From: an uncultured Anaerolineales bacterium
GTDB taxonomy: Bacteria > Chloroflexota > Anaerolineae > B4-G1 > SLSP01
NCBI GenBank assembly: GCA_964650935.1
Contig: CAZYYC010000006.1
Coordinates: 1 to 40,080 of the forward strand
DNA length: 40,080 nt
Direction: 5' to 3'
Position 1 is the stretch's first letter. Every line of letters begins with the position of its first letter. The notes below the pieces were generated by a model that did not search any database, had not been told where the DNA came from, and saw nothing but the letters and a program-made list of their open reading frames with translations. Shown piece after piece: positions 38,187 to 40,080 of the stretch. The translations under genes and the position numbers were made by a program.

Positions 38187-39404
38187 GTGGAAAGATCGGT
38201 CGTGGGTATCGATATCGGGACTCATCGCATTCTGGTGCTGGTGGGGGAGATCGGCGAACAGGGGGAGGTACGCATCGTCGGGGTGGGGCACGTGCCGGCG
38301 AAGGGCATCAAGAAGGGCGTGGTTGTGAATGTAGCCCAGGCCACGGCGGCGATTGCTGACGCCGTCGAGCAGGCGGAGCAGAGCAGCGGTTACCAGATCG
38401 AGCGCGGCTTCGTCGGTGTGACCGGCGCGCACATCAGCTCACGCAACAGCACCGGTGTGGTCGGTGTCTCTCGGCGCGACCGCGGCATCGCGCCCGACGA
38501 TGTGGATCGAGTGCTGGAGGCGGCGGGGGCGATCGTGCTGCCGCAGAACCAGGAGCTGATTCACATCCTGCCGCGTACCTACACGGTCGACGGGCAGACG
38601 GGCGTGCGCAATCCTCTCGGTATGCACGGCTTCCGATTGGAGGTGGAGGCGCACGTGGTGATGGGATCCAGCACCGCGCTGCAGAACCTGCGCAAGTGTG
38701 TCCAGGGGGCGGGCATTCAGATCAGCGATCTGGTGATGACGAGCCTTGCGGCGGGCACCTCGGTCCTCTCGGACAACGAGAAGGAAATGGGTGTGGTGTT
38801 GGTGGATATCGGCGAGGGCACGGTCGACATCGCTATCTTCATTGAGGGGACGGTGTGGCACACGAAGTCGTTACCTCTGGGTGGGGAGTACGTCACCAAC
38901 GACATCGCGATTGGACTGCGACTACCGTCGCAGGTGGCGGAGCAGGTGAAGCTCAGCCATGGCCACGCCCTCTCCAACCAGGTGGCGGAGGATGAGCGCT
39001 TTGCCGTCTCGCCCTATGGCGAGGGGAATCCCGTCCCGATTCCACGCTGGAAGCTCGCCGAGATCATTCAGGCGCGCTGTGAGGAGATTTTGGAGAACGT
39101 GCAGCAGGAGATCAAGCGGTCGGGCTTCGACGGGCTGCTGCCTGCGGGATTGGTCCTCTGCGGCGGCACCGCCCAGCTTCCGGGGATGCGGGATCTGGCG
39201 CGCTCGATCTTCGAGCTGCCGGTGCAGATCGGGATCCCAAAGGGCATCTCGGGCTTGACCGATCGCGTGAGTGGCCCCGATGGGGCGGTGGCGGTGGGAT
39301 TGGTGAAGTGGACGCCAATGTGGGAAGAAGGAGGTGGGTGGCGAACCGTCAAGACGCCGTGGCTGACGCGGACGATGGGATGGCTGCGTAACCTACTACC
39401 CTGA
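38187..39404 (+). CDS. ftsA: Cell division protein FtsA (actin-like ATPase)
   Basis: VVGIDIGTHRILVLVGE, VVLVDIGEGTVDIAIF and LVLCGGTAQLPGM. The probable start is GTG 38187, 10 nt after the ftsQ stop and with a GGGGG purine tract upstream. The track start 38127 overlaps ftsQ. Confidence 0.9.
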   Translation: MERSVVGIDIGTHRILVLVGEIGEQGEVRIVGVGHVPAKGIKKGVVVNVAQATAAIADAVEQAEQSSGYQIERGFVGVTGAHISSRNSTGVVGVSRRDRGIAPDDVDRVLEAAGAIVLPQNQELIHILPRTYTVDGQTGVRNPLGMHGFRLEVEAHVVMGSSTALQNLRKCVQGAGIQISDLVMTSLAAGTSVLSDNEKEMGVVLVDIGEGTVDIAIFIEGTVWHTKSLPLGGEYVTNDIAIGLRLPSQVAEQVKLSHGHALSNQVAEDERFAVSPYGEGNPVPIPRWKLAEIIQARCEEILENVQQEIKRSGFDGLLPAGLVLCGGTAQLPGMRDLARSIFELPVQIGIPKGISGLTDRVSGPDGAVAVGLVKWTPMWEEGGGWRTVKTPWLTRTMGWLRNLLP

Positions 39405-39599
39405 GCATAAGCGTGTCGGCATCATCGATGGATATTGGGGACTTGAGACAGCGACAGAGTGTGAGGATGGAGAACTATGGGATCACGACCGAGCAGTGGA
39501 GGACTGAGGGAATCAAGTGGATTCGGGCGGCCGGCTGAACTCCGGTATTTGAGGTCATCATCACGGGATGGCAAGGTCCAGAAGCAAGGAGGGGCTGAG

Positions 39600-40080
39600 A
39601 TGGCAAGTCTAGCTGAGAACTTCGCGCAGATCAAAGTCGTGGGCTGCGGCGGTGGGGGCAGTAATGCCGTCAACCGCATGATTGAAGAGGGCCTCCAGGG
39701 CGTCGAGTTCATCGCGGTGAACACCGATGCTCAGGCCCTGATGACGTCGCAGTCGCCGAAGTGCCTGCGCATCGGTGATACGGTGACGCGCGGATTGGGC
39801 GCCGGCGGTAACCCTGAGGAGGGGCGCAAGGCGGCCGAGGAGTCCCAAGACGAGATCCGCGAGGTTCTCCAGGGCTCGGACATGGTCTTCGTCACTGCAG
39901 GGATGGGCGGCGGCACGGGCACCGGCGCTGCGCCGGTGATCGGACGCATCGCCAAAGAGGAGATCAAGGCGCTGACGATCGGCGTCGTGACGCGTCCCTT
40001 CACCTTCGAGGGGGCCAAGCGCAACCGGGTGGCGATGGACGGCATCGAGGCCCTGAAGCAGGTGGTGGATACGCTGATCG
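39600..40080 (+). CDS. ftsZ: Cell division GTPase FtsZ (N-terminal 160 codons; continues past the window end)
   Basis: Absent from the ORF track because there is no stop in the window. My translation reads [28 protein letters not shown]...NTDAQAL...[11 protein letters not shown]...[17 protein letters not shown] (tubulin signature). AAGGAGGGG lies 5 nt upstream of the ATG at 39600. Confidence 0.95.
   Translation, partial: MASLAENFAQIKVVGCGGGGSNAVNRMIEEGLQGVEFIAVNTDAQALMTSQSPKCLRIGDTVTRGLGAGGNPEEGRKAAEESQDEIREVLQGSDMVFVTAGMGGGTGTGAAPVIGRIAKEEIKALTIGVVTRPFTFEGAKRNRVAMDGIEALKQVVDTLI

Overview
High-GC bacterial chromosomal window (about two-thirds G+C by eye, not computed), densely coding. I recognised no rRNA, tRNA, CRISPR array, transposase or integrase. 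By eye it splits into four blocks. (1) 1-11.7 kb, all minus strand except one small gene. It holds a SARP/BTAD-STAND regulator truncated at the window edge, then a GH29 fucosidase-GNAT-FAD oxidoreductase unit. Next comes a tightly packed four-gene operon: DUF488, DUF488, an orphan 242-aa protein and a RecQ helicase with a TPR-like N-terminal extension. An APH-family kinase follows, and 50 bp of its 5' coding end is duplicated just upstream. (2) 11.8-21.9 kb is a sugar-acid/glycan catabolic neighbourhood: flavodoxin-like, creatininase-family, aldo/keto reductase, RraA-like, UxuA, a GH99-like lipoprotein, then DgoD, a cytoplasmic Cys-type sulfatase, a PfkB kinase and a KDPG-type aldolase. (3) 22.0-23.8 kb is a two-gene minus-strand operon. 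It encodes a NurA-domain nuclease plus a 207-aa protein that looks like a HerA HAS-barrel with no ATPase motor. It sits back-to-back with the dcw promoter. (4) 24.0-40.08 kb is a division/cell-wall (dcw) cluster: mraZ-rsmH-ftsL-ftsI-murF-murD-ftsW-murG-(CvpA-like)-murC::murB fusion-ddl-ftsQ-ftsA-ftsZ. It lacks murE and mraY. murF carries a perfect 4x18-bp in-frame tandem repeat. Upstream of mraZ there is a clear sigma70-type promoter followed by four 10-bp-phased (G/A)TGGG boxes, which I read as an MraZ-type operator. Two genes open to the window edges are absent from the ORF track and were found by my own translation: the SARP regulator at 1..1764 (-) and ftsZ at 39600..40080 (+). The best candidates for an undescribed system are the DUF488x2/orphan/TPR-RecQ operon (5538-10455) and the NurA + motor-less HAS-barrel pair (21985-23790). 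All family calls rest on motifs I recognise in the translations. No database search was run. Lineage cannot be determined from here.
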